Source: Negaprion brevirostris (Eukaryota). From it: a stretch of 64,000 nucleotides of DNA. How positions within the stretch are numbered: position 1 is the first letter of the stretch; each line of letters opens with the position of its first letter. The position numbers and the translations under genes were made by a program. A model generated the notes under the pieces. It was not told the origin of the DNA. It did not search any database and worked only from the letters and a program-made list of their open reading frames with translations. Below, one piece after another: positions 12,808 through 26,030 of the stretch. The stretch is from the NCBI GenBank assembly GCA_030324005.1, contig JARDVH010000059.1, forward strand, positions 61,396,053-61,460,052, written 5' to 3'.

Positions 12808-15800
12808 TTCCACCCTCTTTAAATTAAATGTCCCCAATAAATTCAAACAAGTGCAAAATGAACAATAATCCACAAACAGTAATCACTACATCAGATAGTC
12901 CAGAAGTCATCACTCTTGGAATAGTTGACAGTGAACCTTTGGCGTCTTCTTCTTTGTGCTGGTTATAACCTCTGGCATTTTTGTTGTTGTATGAATGTCT
13001 TCAGTGGTTGGTTTAACCGGCATTGACATTGTAACTAGGGGTTCCAAGTGTGCTTCCTCACTTTTCCAGAAGTGACTGGTGTACCATTTACCTGTTAAAA
13101 ATGGAAGATACTTCTGCTTGACTAGTTTGACAGTGGTAATCTTGATAGTCCATCTGCATTACAATGTAGACTTGATTGTCATTACTTGATGGTATAAGTA
13201 TGTGCAGACAATAGCAATGCATCTTACTTGCTGTCAGAGACTGAATTCCCTGTGAAGTCCAATGATAGTACTTAACGGATGATAATCTGTCAACAATGTG
13301 ACCTTTCTTTCATTCAGAAATTGATGGACTTCTTTACTCCAAAGATAATTCCTGATGCTTCCCTTTCAATTTGTGTGTTGTTATTTTCAGCCTTGCTCAA
13401 TGTTCAAGATGCAAAAGCAGTGGGTCTTTCTTCACCCGACTGCAGGATGTGGGATACCATTGCTCCATTGCTCCAATACCATAAGGGGATGTATCACACT
13501 CTAACTCTAGGGATATGGTAGGATCAATATGCATAAGAACTCCAGATTTAAGTAAACCTTCTTTGGCTTGCATGAAAGCATTATTGCATTGATCCCGCCC
13601 ACTTCCACTTGAAGTTCTGGCACAAGAAGTTATGCAATGGTTTTAAAATGGTTGCTAAATTTGAAAGAAATCTTTCACAGTAGTTCAACAACCCTAGAAA
13701 TGATTGCAACTGGCCAATATTCTGAAATACTGGCACCCCTGTGATTGCCTTGATCATTGAAGAGGATTCATGAAGGCCAGTGGCATCAATCATATGTCTC
13801 AAATACTCAGATGAGGACTGGAAGAACTCACTTGTTCTTGTGGACATTCAGTCCATAGTCTTCCAATCTCTGAACAGTGGCATTCAAATTCTGAAGATGC
13901 TCCTCTTCATCTCTTCCAGATGTCACTGGATAACACTGGATTCTGCTCAGTCTACTCAGGATTGTTCTTTGAAACAATGCAGGAGTAGACGCGATACCAA
14001 CTGACAATCTTCAATGCTAGATCAAGCCTTTATGTACCATGATTGTCAGAAGTTCCTTTGACATCTGGTCTACACTCATCTATAGGTAAGCGTGGCTTAG
14101 GTTAATTTTGCTAAAATGTTGCCCTCTTGCCAATCCTGCAAACAGGTCACTGATGTGAGTTAACAGGTATGGTTCCGCACATGATATTGAATTTAGGGTG
14201 ACTTTGAAGTCTCCACAAATCTTCACAAGTCCATCCTTCTTGATGGCTAGTACTATTGGCGTGGCCCATTAACTAATGCTGACACCTTCCAAGATTCCCG
14301 TCTTCATTCCAAGTCAGTCTCCACTTTCGGCTTGATAGCATAGGGTACCAACCTTGCTTTCAATCATAATGCTTGGCTTTCATTTTTAATCATCAATTTA
14401 ACCGTGAAGTCTTTCATACTTCCCAGTTCTCCATCAAACACAACCGTGTGTTTCGTTAGAATTCTTGTGAGGCTTGATTCTCCATTGGTCATCAGGTTGA
14501 CTTTGGCCCAGTTCAGTTAAATCTTCTCTAACCACATTCAACCCACTAATGCTGGATAATGGCACGATACTACATGTAGAGACAAATCTGTTATGATGTA
14601 GAGCTGCTTCAATGTGGTCCTTCAGTGGAATCATTTCACCTGTGTATGTCTTCGACGCTAATCTTGAAGCTCCCAAGGGAATGTGCCTGAGTTTTTCCTT
14701 TATCACATTCTCTGGCACCAGCAAGATAGCTGTCCAGTTTCGACTTCCACCCTTACTGACTGTCCATCCAGCAATGGGGTGACCCAGTATCTATTCACAG
14801 GACTAGCAAGGCTGGCACTTTCAGTGATAATTTGGCCATTAGACTGTGAGTTGCTTTTTTCTCACGATCCTTTTGAGCAGCATGAACACTTCTTTTATTT
14901 TGTTTACATGCTGTTTTGGTTTGTTCTGGCTCCTTACTATTTTTACTCATAGCTTGCTTTTCCTTCCAGCAGGCACACTCCCTATGTCCTTTTTTTCTAT
15001 AACTTTTGCATTCAACGTCTTCATACCAGCATTCCACAGCTAAATGTCCTGGCTTCACCCACTGGCAACATGTATGAGTTTCAAAACATTTAGTTGGCGA
15101 TTCAGCTGACATTTTGTGTATTTGAGTACACAAACTCAGTTGCTGAGCTTCTTTTGCAGCTGGCTCCATCAAAACAGCAACCCCCATGGCCTTTTTCAGA
15201 ATAAGGCTACTCTCTGTTTGCAAACACATTACTTCACTTCACAGACCACAGACAAATCTATCCCAGATTGTGTCATTCAGTACATCACTTAACTCACAAA
15301 ATTCTTCAAGTCCTTTTATGCAGCCATGTATTTCACAAATGAACACCCCCTTCTTGAATTTCTTTGTGGAATCTGAAGTGCTCTGCAATCACCAAGTCTT
15401 TGGCGAAAAATGTGTTGGTAAAATACCTACAATTTGTTAATATGTTTTAGTACCTGGCTTCCCTGGTTGCACTAAATTTCTGAGAAGATTAAGTATGTCC
15501 TCTGTCCCCCATCATACTCAGGAACATGGGCACCCTAATATCTTCCGCTACTTTGTTTGCCTGTGCAAAATAGTCAAAACACTTTGTATAAAAGCTCCAT
15601 TGCTCCACATTTTCACTTAAGGGTCCCAAGATGCCAGAAACTCCCACCATTTTCTTACAAATCGTAAGCAGTTCTCTATATACACACTTTGTAAGGCATT
15701 TCCAACAGCTACCATGATTTTTTTTCTCTTTTAAACAAGGCAACAACCTGAGCTTTAGCCTCTTTTTAGACACACTCAGCTCCCTAATTGCTCCGCAGAA

Positions 15801-15846
15801 GATCATTACTCAAGTCCACTTCATCTGTTCTGTCCAGAGCACATGC

Positions 15847-16295
15847 ATAGAAAAATAGAAGAAAGGAACAGGAGGAGGCCATTTGGCTCTTGGAGCCTGC
15901 CTGCTCCACCCCACCATTCATTACGATCATGCTGATTATCCAGCTCAATAGCCTAATCCCGCTCTTTCCCCCATAACCTTTTGATCCCATTCACCCCAAG
16001 TGCTATATCCAGCTGCCTCTTCAATTTTTTTCACATTCACTACTTCCTGTGGTAATGAATTCCACAGGCTCACCACTCTTTGGGTAAAGAAATGTCTCCT
16101 CACCTCCGTCCTAAATGGTCTACCTGGAATCCTCAGAATGTGACCCCTGGGTTCTGGACTCCCCACCATTGGGAATATCCTCCCTGCATCTATCCTGAAT
16201 GGTCCTGTTAGAATTTTATAACTCTCTATAAGAACTTCTCTCATTTGTCTGAAATCCAGTGATAACAATCCTAACTTAAAGATTTTCTCTTTTAA
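15847..16295 (-). mobile_element. CR1/HER1-like LINE 3' fragment nested in the Gypsy leader
   Basis: KLGLLSLDFRQMREVLIESYKIL..RHFFTQRVVSLWNSLPQEVV is the CR1 C-terminus; 3' UTR and tail present. Confidence 0.92.
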
Positions 16296-16378
16296 GACTT
16301 CTGTTCCCAAGTTTTTCAGTAATTTCCCTCCTGTTTGGTGGCTGGCAAGTGCTGTTTGAAGTCCCTATCACCAGTTTT

Positions 16379-16590
16379 TATCTTGGACTTTGGAGAAGTG
16401 ACATTAGGAAGCACTGCAGGTTAAAAAGAATGGAGCTTTATTTAGAGGGTGGTGTCCACTACATGGCTGCTTCTTCATTCTGGCAGTTTCTTGCACCAGC
16501 GCTTGTGACATTACTTCCAGTGAGTATATGAATATATTAATATACAGAGCTTAGTGCAGCTACCAAGTATCAATATTAATACATAATACA
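16379..16590 (-). repeat. 5' LTR of Gypsy element
   Basis: Shares AATGGAGCTTTATTTA, CACTACATGGCT, CTGGCAGTTTCTT, CTTAGTGCAGCTAC with 12597-12807; abuts the PBS. Confidence 0.88.
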
Positions 16591-17084
16591 ACTCCTTGGA
16601 AGAAGTACAGCCTAACCCACTGGCTCTCTCAGGATCTTAAGGCTAGGACGTCCATTCTCCTGCTGATAATCTGTTACCTGAATCCCAATCCTAGTGCCAA
16701 TGGAGTAGATGATTGAGACATTCCACCAGCTTCTTGTAGAAACCTTTGTTTTTGCAGAACCAAGATGCCCATATAATCATGACAAAAATTAATTCACCCT
16801 GTGTCCATTCCAGACAGAAGTATTGCCTCAATTCCAGGAAACTTGGATAATTTGATTCTGCCAAAATCTCAAACCCAAAGCCCTGAGGGAGCACAAAGAA
16901 AGTGATAGAATTGGGATGATGGAGCTCAAGTAGTTATAAATAGTATGAACAGTGGATAAATTGAATGTGTTTTAAAGATATTTTCGATATAAAAATTGTT
17001 AGGTATTTTGTGCCTTTTATGATAGTAGGGAACGTACTGATGTTGAGGCTCAAAATTATGATTTACAAAGTCCAAAAAGCTTGG

Positions 17085-17392
17085 TGGCAGCTGTTCCCCT
17101 TGTTTGACGGGCCAGTCTGGACGGGCACAGTCTTAGAGTGATAGCAGGAGACTGAGAAAAATGTTTTCACTCAGAGGGTGGTGGGAACCTGGAATGCATT
17201 GCCTGGGAAGGTAGTGGAGACAGGAAAACTTATAACCTTTAAAAAATATTTTGATGAGCGCCTGAAGTATTATAATATTCAAAGAAATGGGACAAGCGCA
17301 GGAAAATGGGATTAGCACGTATTTACTGGTAGTTGTTGTCAATGCTGACTTGATGGGCCAAAAGCTCTTTTCTGTGCTGTATGCTTCTGTGA
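17085..17392 (+). mobile_element. CR1/HER1-like LINE 3' fragment
   Basis: TTCACTCAGAGGGTGGTGGGAACCTGGAATGCATTGCCTGGG (FTQRVVGTWNALP) and 3' UTR GATGGGCCAAAAG..CTGTGCTGTA. Confidence 0.88.
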
Positions 17393-17499
17393 CGAGGAGA
17401 CAGATCTTTGATGAAGTTTCCTGCAAACACTGATTTATGCATCTGTATAGATGTCGCTACTGAGCTTGACTCACCAATGCATCTGCTTCTTGTTCTTCA

Positions 17500-17850
17500 T
17501 TAACCTAATCTTTAGTGTCAGCAGTATCATCAGGGATCTGCAACATTAATCTTTTGTGTACCAAAATGATAAACATGTAAAACACTGCCAGATTTTGTGA
17601 GACACTGCTGGACACATACTGCAAGGCACCACTGGATTTATTTAGGCACCAGAATCTCCTTTTCAGCATGCCAGTGACATGCTTAGCTCTTATCCTTAGC
17701 TTCACATATACTTAATTTTTGGACTTTCCCACAATGGTCACCTTCTGAGATGGCAGGTGAGGCACACAAAATGCAGGTATTCCCTGACACCCAGCACCTA
17801 TTCTGCCTCTTGCCCTGCTATCAAAAATGAGTTCATTCTGGACAACTCCC
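17500..17850 (-). pseudogene. PIF/Harbinger DDE transposase (HARBI1-like) relic
   Basis: GMLKRRFWCLNKSSGALQY matches the Harbinger motif G.LK.RFRCLD.SGG.LQY. Confidence 0.75.
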
Positions 17851-17851
17851 A

Positions 17852-18685
17852 TGTTACAATCATGAGGTTTACAAGGTTACTATACTTTGGAATTATAGCT
17901 TTAAATTTAGGGGTACATGTTACCTGTTCTGAAATATGCCTAATGGGTGACTTGGTTGTTAGAGATCAAAGGAAGGCTAACTGTTTTGCTGAGAAGAGGG
18001 TGCAAAATATTGATACTCGGAGACAATGGCAACAGTCTCTAAATTTACAATGAATAGACTATGAATCTCCAAAATCCCTAAAGTGTTATAGGCAGTTATA
18101 TTCTGAACTATCCACTTATTTTTAAGATGAAAGGTAATTGGGAATTTTAAAAAGAGCCAAGTAGCATTTCTACCCAAATACACGGTGAAAAGGCTTCTTG
18201 ACTTTGCAAGCTGCCACAGCTGGACATGGGAATGTAGCCTCCCAAGGATCTTTGGAATTTGTTCTGGCATAGCTTAGAGAAGAAGAATAATTGGAAGAGA
18301 TTTTCCTGCTGCAGTTGATTTTAAAAACTCCAAAAACTGAGGAAAGCGCCTAGAGATGGTTTATTGAAGTTATTACACAGTGAAGCTGAGCTTTGGGAAC
18401 ACATTGTAGACTGGGACCAAATGTGGACTTCCTGCTAAAAGGACTGTAATTCCATGGAGATTGTGATGTATGATCAATATTAAAGGGTAATGTTCCTCTC
18501 TGTAGTTTAAAGTATAAGTCGTCTATAAAAACAAAATAGTGTTAGGTCAACGATGTTTTTAGACATTTGTTACAATAAAGGTTTTGCAACATGATATCTT
18601 GACATGTCATTCTTTCAACCAGTTACTGGAGGTTTAAGTTTAAATGTCTTTTTAAAAGATATCAGCCTCGATGGAGATTGTAATA
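17852..18685 (+). mobile_element. Probable solo LTR
   Basis: Begins TGTTACA, has AATAAA at ~18574, ends GATTGTAATA (decayed TGTAACA) and truncates the Harbinger relic; no clean TSD. Confidence 0.4.
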
Positions 18686-20474
18686 CTGGCACATTGTAAA
18701 TTTCCATTAATAGATGAGGCTTATGATTTGTAAATGAGTTGCACATTATGGAATGGAAGACTTTGTAATATACATAATTATGGGATTTCACATTCTGGGC
18801 TTGTAATAACACACGGCTGCAAAATAAGGCCTTTTGGGGCCATGGGAATCAGGAAATTCTAAAACATGATATGATCCCCTCAGTTTTCTATGTGGGAGCA
18901 CTGTTGAATGCTGTGGTACAATGATAGATCAACTGCCCCATAATTCTTAATATTTGTTTTCCTTTCATTTTCTTTCTCCTTTTTAATCCTCCCGAAATCA
19001 CCATGCTTCTTTTCACAATTGATTTTTCCACATATCCTGACCTCGTGCATGTTAATTCCCAAGGGATCATGTTTCCTTCCTCTATACAACTGGTGGTAAA
19101 AAAAAGACACGTTAGTCTTTAAATTCAAGCCTGCTGGGTTTTATTTAGATAGGAGGGATCCAAAAACATACATACACTGGGAAATGAGGACACATGGCAA
19201 CAAAAATCCGAATATGTCTGGTACTTTTGTGTATCAGATTTTCAATAATTTCAACATTTATTTTTGAACGTTAAGTAAGATAGACAGAGAAATATACAAA
19301 ATATTGTCCTGACTGACAATGTGAATTCAACAGCTAATTTTAAATGCGCTTTGCAGCGGGCAGCCGATATGCATTCCTGCCCACTCCAGGGAAACAATCT
19401 TGGGGCTAGAAAGGTTATGTCCAGAGTTCTTTTTTTGTTTTTGGTGCAGTTGGCAATTCTAACACAAATTACACCCATTTTGAAAGGTGATTTTCTTTTC
19501 TCCTCTTGGGTATTTCCAAATCATAGAACACAAATTCTACCAACATCTTAAAAAGTAATCATTAGAAAAGATATATTCAAAACATATCCCCTTGATATAT
19601 TTAAAAGTGGTAACATGGTGGAGTTTGATTAACATAGCTGAACATGGATTTAGCTCAGAAAATAAGCATTTTATACAGTTCCAATCTACTGCCCATTCGT
19701 AATTTGATGTTATATTGCTGAAAATGACTTCTCAAAGATATGCAAAACTACTATCTAGAATGGATTGGCGTAAAGTAATCAGTTCCTCGGTGAATTAAAA
19801 ATACGGTTCAGTCAAAACCTTTCAAAGTGTGTCTATCATTGTCCTCACAGTCAAAAGATTCATAGTAATGCTTACAGCCTCCTCAAAGGCTTACAGATGA
19901 TCAAAATTAGCGACAATCCCAAAGACGATGAATTCATCCTGGAGATGAGATCAGTTTGGTGAGCCAGGTCTACATCTAGTTTAAAGTTTTTAAAACAGTC
20001 ACAGAAGTTTGTATAAACTTAATTTTCTCTGAATGCAATTTGTACTTAAAATTCTGTGACATTTCTTGCCAGCTATACTAATATTGGACAAATTGTGCCC
20101 AATAATAGGACAGGCAAATAGAAACTGACATTTGATATTTTAATACATATGTACATGACTTGGGGGAGCTGTTAACTTCTGAACTAGAACTTTAACTTCA
20201 GGATGCTTTCATATTTTGAAATCATTCATCCGGTTATTTTCAACCTGTTCGGATCCATAGACCATATTGATGGCAGCCTTAAAGCACACAGAGTGAATGC
20301 CTGCTCATCAGAAGTTTTACAAAATTGTTAAGGACTGTCAATCCACAAGCAATATTGGCTTGATATCAACCATTTTCATTTTGGAACATAGTAATCTAGC
20401 TAATGCCATCTCTGAATGGCTGAACACTCATCGAGCAGCAGGAAGGATCTTCACCACTACTGCTATATTTAAAG

Positions 20475-20604
20475 TGTCTTTATCTGACCTGTTTGTGAAC
20501 AGAACTCCCACTTACCTAACAAAGGAGCAGTGCTCCAAAAGCTAGTAGCTTTTGCTACTAAATAAACCTGTTGGACTTTAACCTAGTGTTGTGAGACTTC
20601 TTAC
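20475..20604 (+). mobile_element. Penelope-like pLTR fragment, family B, with 11-bp TSD and decayed hammerhead
   Basis: TATATTTAAAG at 20464-20474 and 20605-20615; CTAACAA-A-GGAGC-AGT-GCTCC-AAAAGCTA core; ends CTTCTTAC. Confidence 0.8.
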
Positions 20605-20934
20605 TATATTTAAAGGGACCATCAACTATTTACTGGCTGTTGCTGCAATTCTACAAGTTTCTAATGCTTTCTCTCATAGTTTAAAGTTGCAGAGATCTAC
20701 AGGCAATGATTTGGGAGGGACTGTGAAAGACCTTTTCTTTAAAGCCTCTGCCCAACACAATTTCTCCCAGACATGAATGTATGACTATCTGTTCCAGTGC
20801 ACTCACTTCCACGATCTGCCACGCTTCTGTCTCTGCCAGGTAAGAATCAGATGTAGAGCGATTTCCATCATCTGATCCAGCCACAACAACCTCTCTTTTA
20901 AGAGCTGGAGACTGTGCAGTGCAGGCTGGTTTTA

Positions 20935-22020
20935 AATAGTGCAAAAGCTTTGGCAAAATAGGTTTTAAAGAATGACTTAAAGGAGGAAAGTTAGGTTGAA
21001 AAGCAAAGAGGCTCAGGACTGCAGTCCAGAGCTTGGGGCCTAGACAACTGAAGGCAAGGCCACCAATGATCGAGCAATAAAGGGTGCTCCAGAAGCCAGA
21101 ATTAGATCAGCAAGATATCTCAGAAGGTTATGTTTGAGAAGTGGAAATAGACTGTCTTAGTGGTAGGGTAAATAGTTTTAGTCTATTCATACGTGTCACA
21201 AGTTGGCTTACATTAACACTGCAATGAAGTAACTATGAAAATGTCCTAGTTGCCACACTCCCACACCTGTTTAGGTACACCGAGGGAGAATTAAACATGG
21301 ACAATGCACCTAACCGGCACATCTTTCTGACTATGGGAGGAAACTGGACCACCCAGAGGAAACCCACACAGACACAGGGAAAATGTGCAAACTCCACACA
21401 GACCGTGACTTAAGCCGAGAATCGAACCTAGGTCCCTGTGCTGTGAGGCAGCAGCGCTAACCATGGTGCCACCGTNNNNNNNNNNNNNNNNNNNNNNNNN
21501 NNNNNNNNNNNNNNNNNNNNNNNNNNNNNNNNNNNNNNNNNNNNNNNNNNNNNNNNNNNNNNNNNNNNNNNNNNNTGGACCACCCAGAGGAAACCCACAC
21601 AGACACAGGGAAAATGTGCAAACTCCACACAGACAGTGACTTAAGCCGAGAATCGAACCTAGGTCCCTGTGCTGTGAGGCAGCAGCGCTAACCATGGTGC
21701 CACCGTGCATGAGGCCGGAAGTGATCTCAGGATCAAATGTGACATCAAGGTTGCAAATAGAATGTCATAATCGTGGAGTGCTGCCAGGGAGAAGCTAGAG
21801 TCGGCAGCTAGGGAATGGAGTTTAGAGTGAGGAGTGGCTTCAGTGTTCCCAGTATTCAACTGGAGGAGATTTCTGTTCATTCAGTACAGGGTGTGAGATA
21901 ATTTATTCTGATAATATAGCAACAGTGGAGAAGTGAAGAGAGATGGTAGTGAGATAGAAATGTGGGTCACTGGCGTACATGTGCCTTTGGCTGATGTTGC
22001 CAAAAGTCAGCATGTAGTTA
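20935..22020 (-). mobile_element. L2-like LINE relic interrupted by an HE1-type SINE
   Basis: Reversed L2 3' motifs (TTAAAGGAGGAAAG, CCAGAGCTTGGGGCCTAGACAACTGAAGGC) and continuation after 21710. Confidence 0.65.
21188..21706 (-). mobile_element. HE1-type SINE; head duplicated across an N gap
   Basis: Typical body and tail (ACATTAACACTGCAATGAAG); ~21345-21475 is repeated almost exactly at 21576-21706. Confidence 0.88.
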
Positions 22021-22053
22021 AGAAATATATTGTAAAATCTACCTTTATCATAG

Positions 22054-22322
22054 ATGGTAGAACGGTGGTTAGCACTGCTGCTTCACAGCGCCAGGGACCT
22101 GTGGTTGATTCCCAGCTTGGGTCATTGCTTGTGTGGAGTTTGCATGTTCTCTCTGTGTCTGCGTGGGTTTCCTCCGGGTGCTCTGATTTACTCCCACATT
22201 TTGAAAGATGTGCTGGTTAGGTAAATTGACCCAAACAGGCAATGGACTGTGGCGACTCGGAGAATTTCACAGTAACTTTATTGCAGTATTAATCCTTACT
22301 TGTGACTAATAAATTAACTTTA
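22054..22322 (+). mobile_element. HE1-type SINE
   Basis: A-box-like GGTGGTTAGCAC, B-box-like GGTTGATTCCC, body TGTGTGGAGTTTGCATGTTCTC, tail ACTAATAAATTAACTTT. Confidence 0.9.
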
Positions 22323-23229
22323 ATAGACTCTGTACCACATAATTAATAAGCAAAAGAGAAGTTCTCCATAATTTCTCCTTATATTTCAAGGCCAAACAAG
22401 CAAAACTTCAGAATGTCTTTTCACAACGTTCATAGCACTTATTTCCTTGTTCAGTCATCTATAAATACGTTGTAAAGTATTCCTGCATTCCAGTACTGCA
22501 TTGTTTGCAATGTATGATAACATGAGTGAAAGGAGCTATTTCCCTACAACCAATGCAGTAGCAAAACTCCCTTATCCACTGAGGAATTTCCTAACACTTG
22601 AAAGCAAAGCAAAATGTTCTCTTCACTCTTTGAGTGACAACAGGCAGTTCCTTCAAAAATTCAGAAAAAAAATGTTTCCTACTGATTCTCCATTACGTTC
22701 CTGGTCAAGTCAGTATCTGGTATTCAATCAATCAAATACTGTGAAAAATTCAATTTTATTCAATCTGACAGAAACTGAAATTTTGTCCTGGTACAATATT
22801 TTGTGTAACCTTGCATCATCATTAGAATTTAAAGTTAAAATTAAAACAGTTGTTATGCGTTCTGTAACATCACAGATGACTCAAGTCAACCTATAATAGA
22901 AGGTAATTTTATCCTTAATCTCCTTTCTAATTGGCAAGATAAAGTATGACCTTAAGCAAAGCCAGAAAGACAATGGTTGGGCATGATTAACTGGGAGCTA
23001 CTGCAGCTGAACAAACAGAGGACTCTGTTAGAGTTCCATTCAGCACTGGATATTGTACATTGAACCTGGTACTTTAAACTTCCCATGTCTTTCAGTATCC
23101 TTCATAAAATTTCATTTAACTTTGGAATCACGCCATGAATTTAAATTGTATTCTTTCCAACTGAAGTTTGGAGTAAACTTTGGTAAGGTCCAAATATGGC
23201 ATGGGGACCATGCACAAGTGTGACAAGGA

Positions 23230-23510
23230 GGCTCAAAATCATAAGAAGGGGAGTGAGCCCATGTTCAGGCCAGTCTGCCCGACCTAAAGCTAACCTGCAA
23301 CTCTTAAAGGGAATGTGCACTTTGGCAGCAGCAGGGACTGCAACTCTGGCCTGGATTTCGTGTCGGTTCTGCCTTGTCCAAGCTGCACATGTGACCCATG
23401 GATGACTTTACCTAGGATTTTTGTCTTTTCAAACAGGCATCAGTGCATTTTTTGTGCCACTGCGAGGTGTGCAAGGATTGTGGATATGGAGGGAGGACAA
23501 CTGGAAGGTC
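23230..23510 (+). pseudogene. Possible Harbinger transposase N-terminal relic
   Basis: GGTGTGCAAGGATTGTGGAT resembles the GVQG.ID motif with a frameshift; heavily decayed. Confidence 0.3.
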
Positions 23511-23831
23511 CGCTGCAGTTCTTCAACACAGCAAACTAGCTCTCAGCATTACTTAAGGGCCCTCTAAACCTTATCCCCCACCCCGTCACTCTCTGCCATC
23601 CCATGTCACCTCAGATCACTCATGCTACCTCAAACCTCTTCACAAACCCCATGTTATCCCACATCCCTTCAGAATCCCCATGCCATCTCCATGCTCCCTA
23701 TATATTTTCCATAGCCATTTCGACTATTTACAGTCCTCAGGAACATAATAATAATCTAATAAAAGCCTGAATTGAAAAACTAATATTGATACTGTAAAGA
23801 GAAAAATGACACCTTCCCAAAAAAATTGTAA

Positions 23832-23955
23832 TACAGAATTTTATGGCTCCATCATGGCAGGTGGGGGCCATAAAATGAACAAGCCATTTAAAAATGCATT
23901 GGCTTTGGCAGGAATGGAAAATCCCCCCAACATGAGGGATTGTGAAATTCTGCCC
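23832..23955. mobile_element. Short MITE
   Basis: Imperfect TIRs CAGAATTTTA / TGAAATTCTGCCC. Confidence 0.55.
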
Positions 23956-25799
23956 TAAGTGTTTGTAAACAAATAAGACGTCACATCAATGGCATAATCT
24001 GCCATTAGAGTCTCTTTACACATTACCATCATCTTGGATCAACGGGTCACCCACTGTGCTGAAGCTATTTTTATCTTTTGAAAGCCAGCCAAACATTCAT
24101 AATGATTATACTTGTCATAACAAAAGCTTCTAGCTTGAAATTGACAGAACAGATGGACCTGAATCTTCATACACATAGATAGGCTCTCCCTATTTGCAAA
24201 AGTGGATTTGAAGGCCCAAATTAATTAGTCCTGTGACTAAACCCAGACCCCACCATTTTCATAGGGGAGGAAATTAATTGGGGAGGGTTGAACTCTGTAC
24301 ATCAGTGGTTCATACATGCAGCTGCACCTGATCAGATTTTTGCAAAGTTTGAATGGGAAAGAAGAGGTATGCACATTAGACCAAGGTGTGGTTAGGAGAA
24401 GGTCTGAACTTATTGGAGTTCTTTGGAGGATAAGGTACCCTTTTGGATATAGTCTGGTGGTAAAGAAAGGTGCCCTTTGAAAGAAGTCAAGTGCTATTTG
24501 AGGTTGTAAAAATTAGACATGAACATGCACAAAAGCTGGATAAACCCTGGAATTGCCACAGTCATTGGAACTGTCAAAGGGAACCGTCAAACTGTCCAGG
24601 CATTTAAATCTCCTTACTACTGGGTATTTGAAAAAATGGTCTGTGATGTAAAACAAGAACAATGCATGCTTTTTCATTGGCATAAGTGTGAGGGCTACAA
24701 TTACAGGAGTAGCACAGATTGGAGGGTCTGAGGACTAGAGGATGGGTGGGAGAAATGAGGTGGCATGTGTTGCAATGGATAGATCATGGGGAATATATGG
24801 ACTGTGAGGGGATGTGAGGAGAGAGGACTGGAGGGCTGCTTTTGATTTAATCCTTTTTTTTCACAATGACTGACTTCCAAAGCAAGCCTTTTTTCCCAGT
24901 CCACTCTGCACCTGTCAGCCCATATGATAGCACAGAACGTTTCCAGGGACCAAGGATCTGACTCCCATTTCACCACATTTCCTGGAATGCAAACCTGTCC
25001 ATCTATGGCCACACTTCTTCCCAGGTCAGATTTGGAGAGTCAGGGATTAGCTCAACTCCGTACTCCCCACTAGGGAGTCAGGATTCAGCAAATGGTGTCC
25101 TATTTCTAGTTTGAAGCTGAATTCTGTCAATAAATGGAAGGGAGCATGATCAGATTTTTTCAACTTTCAGAATCAGGGTTTCTTTTTAAAGGTATCAATC
25201 AATTTAAACCATAGCACAAAACATGCCAGCAGAGGCTAACAAGACATTTCTTTTTGTTTTCTAATGCAGCATGACACTTTATCCAATGGAAAAAGCTACT
25301 ATAATACATCACAACACTGAGCAAATGATGGTCAATGTATAGTTCAAATTAGCATTGCAGGACAGATCCCTATGATGGTACATTGCATTAAAAACACATT
25401 TGCATGGCCATACAGCATCTAATACTTGAATGTGTCAAAATACATTGCACCTATCTTTCATAGTGTTCCTGACTACACGGAGGCCTCTCACAATCTGCAT
25501 ACATTCTCCAAAGAAGAGTGTTTTTTAATCCTCCCAAGACACACCAATATATGGAAATAGCGTGTGGGAGGAAATATAATTCTCCAGTAGTATTCACATG
25601 AAGACTCACCCTCAGAAGATATGAGTGTGTTTTAGACCCAGACGTGTGAATGAACTATACAAAAAATGGTGTAGGGTCAGAAATGTAAAGGAAAATTAAT
25701 ATTCTAGCAAACAGAAACTAAGTTCAGTGCTTCCTGACCCAAGTTGCACCTCCACTAGGAAATGGAAACTGGCCCTATGAGTCAATTTGACCTCGCATA

Positions 25800-26030
25800 A
25801 CATGGCAGGGAGCAGACTCCAAGGTTCTCTGATGCAGCACTACAGGCTTTGTTGTGAAGCAGGACAGGAGGGAAGTCCTCTATCCACAGGAGGCTGTCCG
25901 GGCAACCTCTTGAGAAGACATTGGAAGTGGACAATTGTGCAAAACAATTCCAACTTTGTAGATCTGAAGGCTTCGGTGCAATGCCAATAGAAATTAAATG
26001 ACGATATATGAGAGGTCAAGGTCAATTAAT
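25800..26030 (+). pseudogene. Harbinger Myb/SANT-like accessory gene, first exon relic
   Basis: EQTPRFSDAALQALL..RREVLYP matches the Myb/SANT start PRFS..L..L..RR.VL; ends at GTCAAG|GTCAAT. Lies in a larger decayed element (~25620-27620). Confidence 0.65.

Larger units (their letters stand above)
12597..16590 (-). mobile_element. Degenerate Gypsy/Ty3 (Mag-like) LTR retrotransposon, two LTRs, integrase missing
   Basis: Direct ~210-bp LTRs; PBS-like AACTGGTGATAGGGAC (minus, ~16361-16376); PPT AAGAGGGTGGAA (minus, 12808-12819). Gag (QWSFYTKCFDYFAQAN), two decayed CCHC knuckles, protease, RT (YLRHMIDATGL, LQSFLGLLNY) and RNase H end (NADGLSRLP). Confidence 0.92.

Noticed and set aside
21345-21706. 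Tandem SINE head duplication
   Set aside because: Near-identical copies sit either side of a 100-N gap, typical of an unmerged contig overlap.
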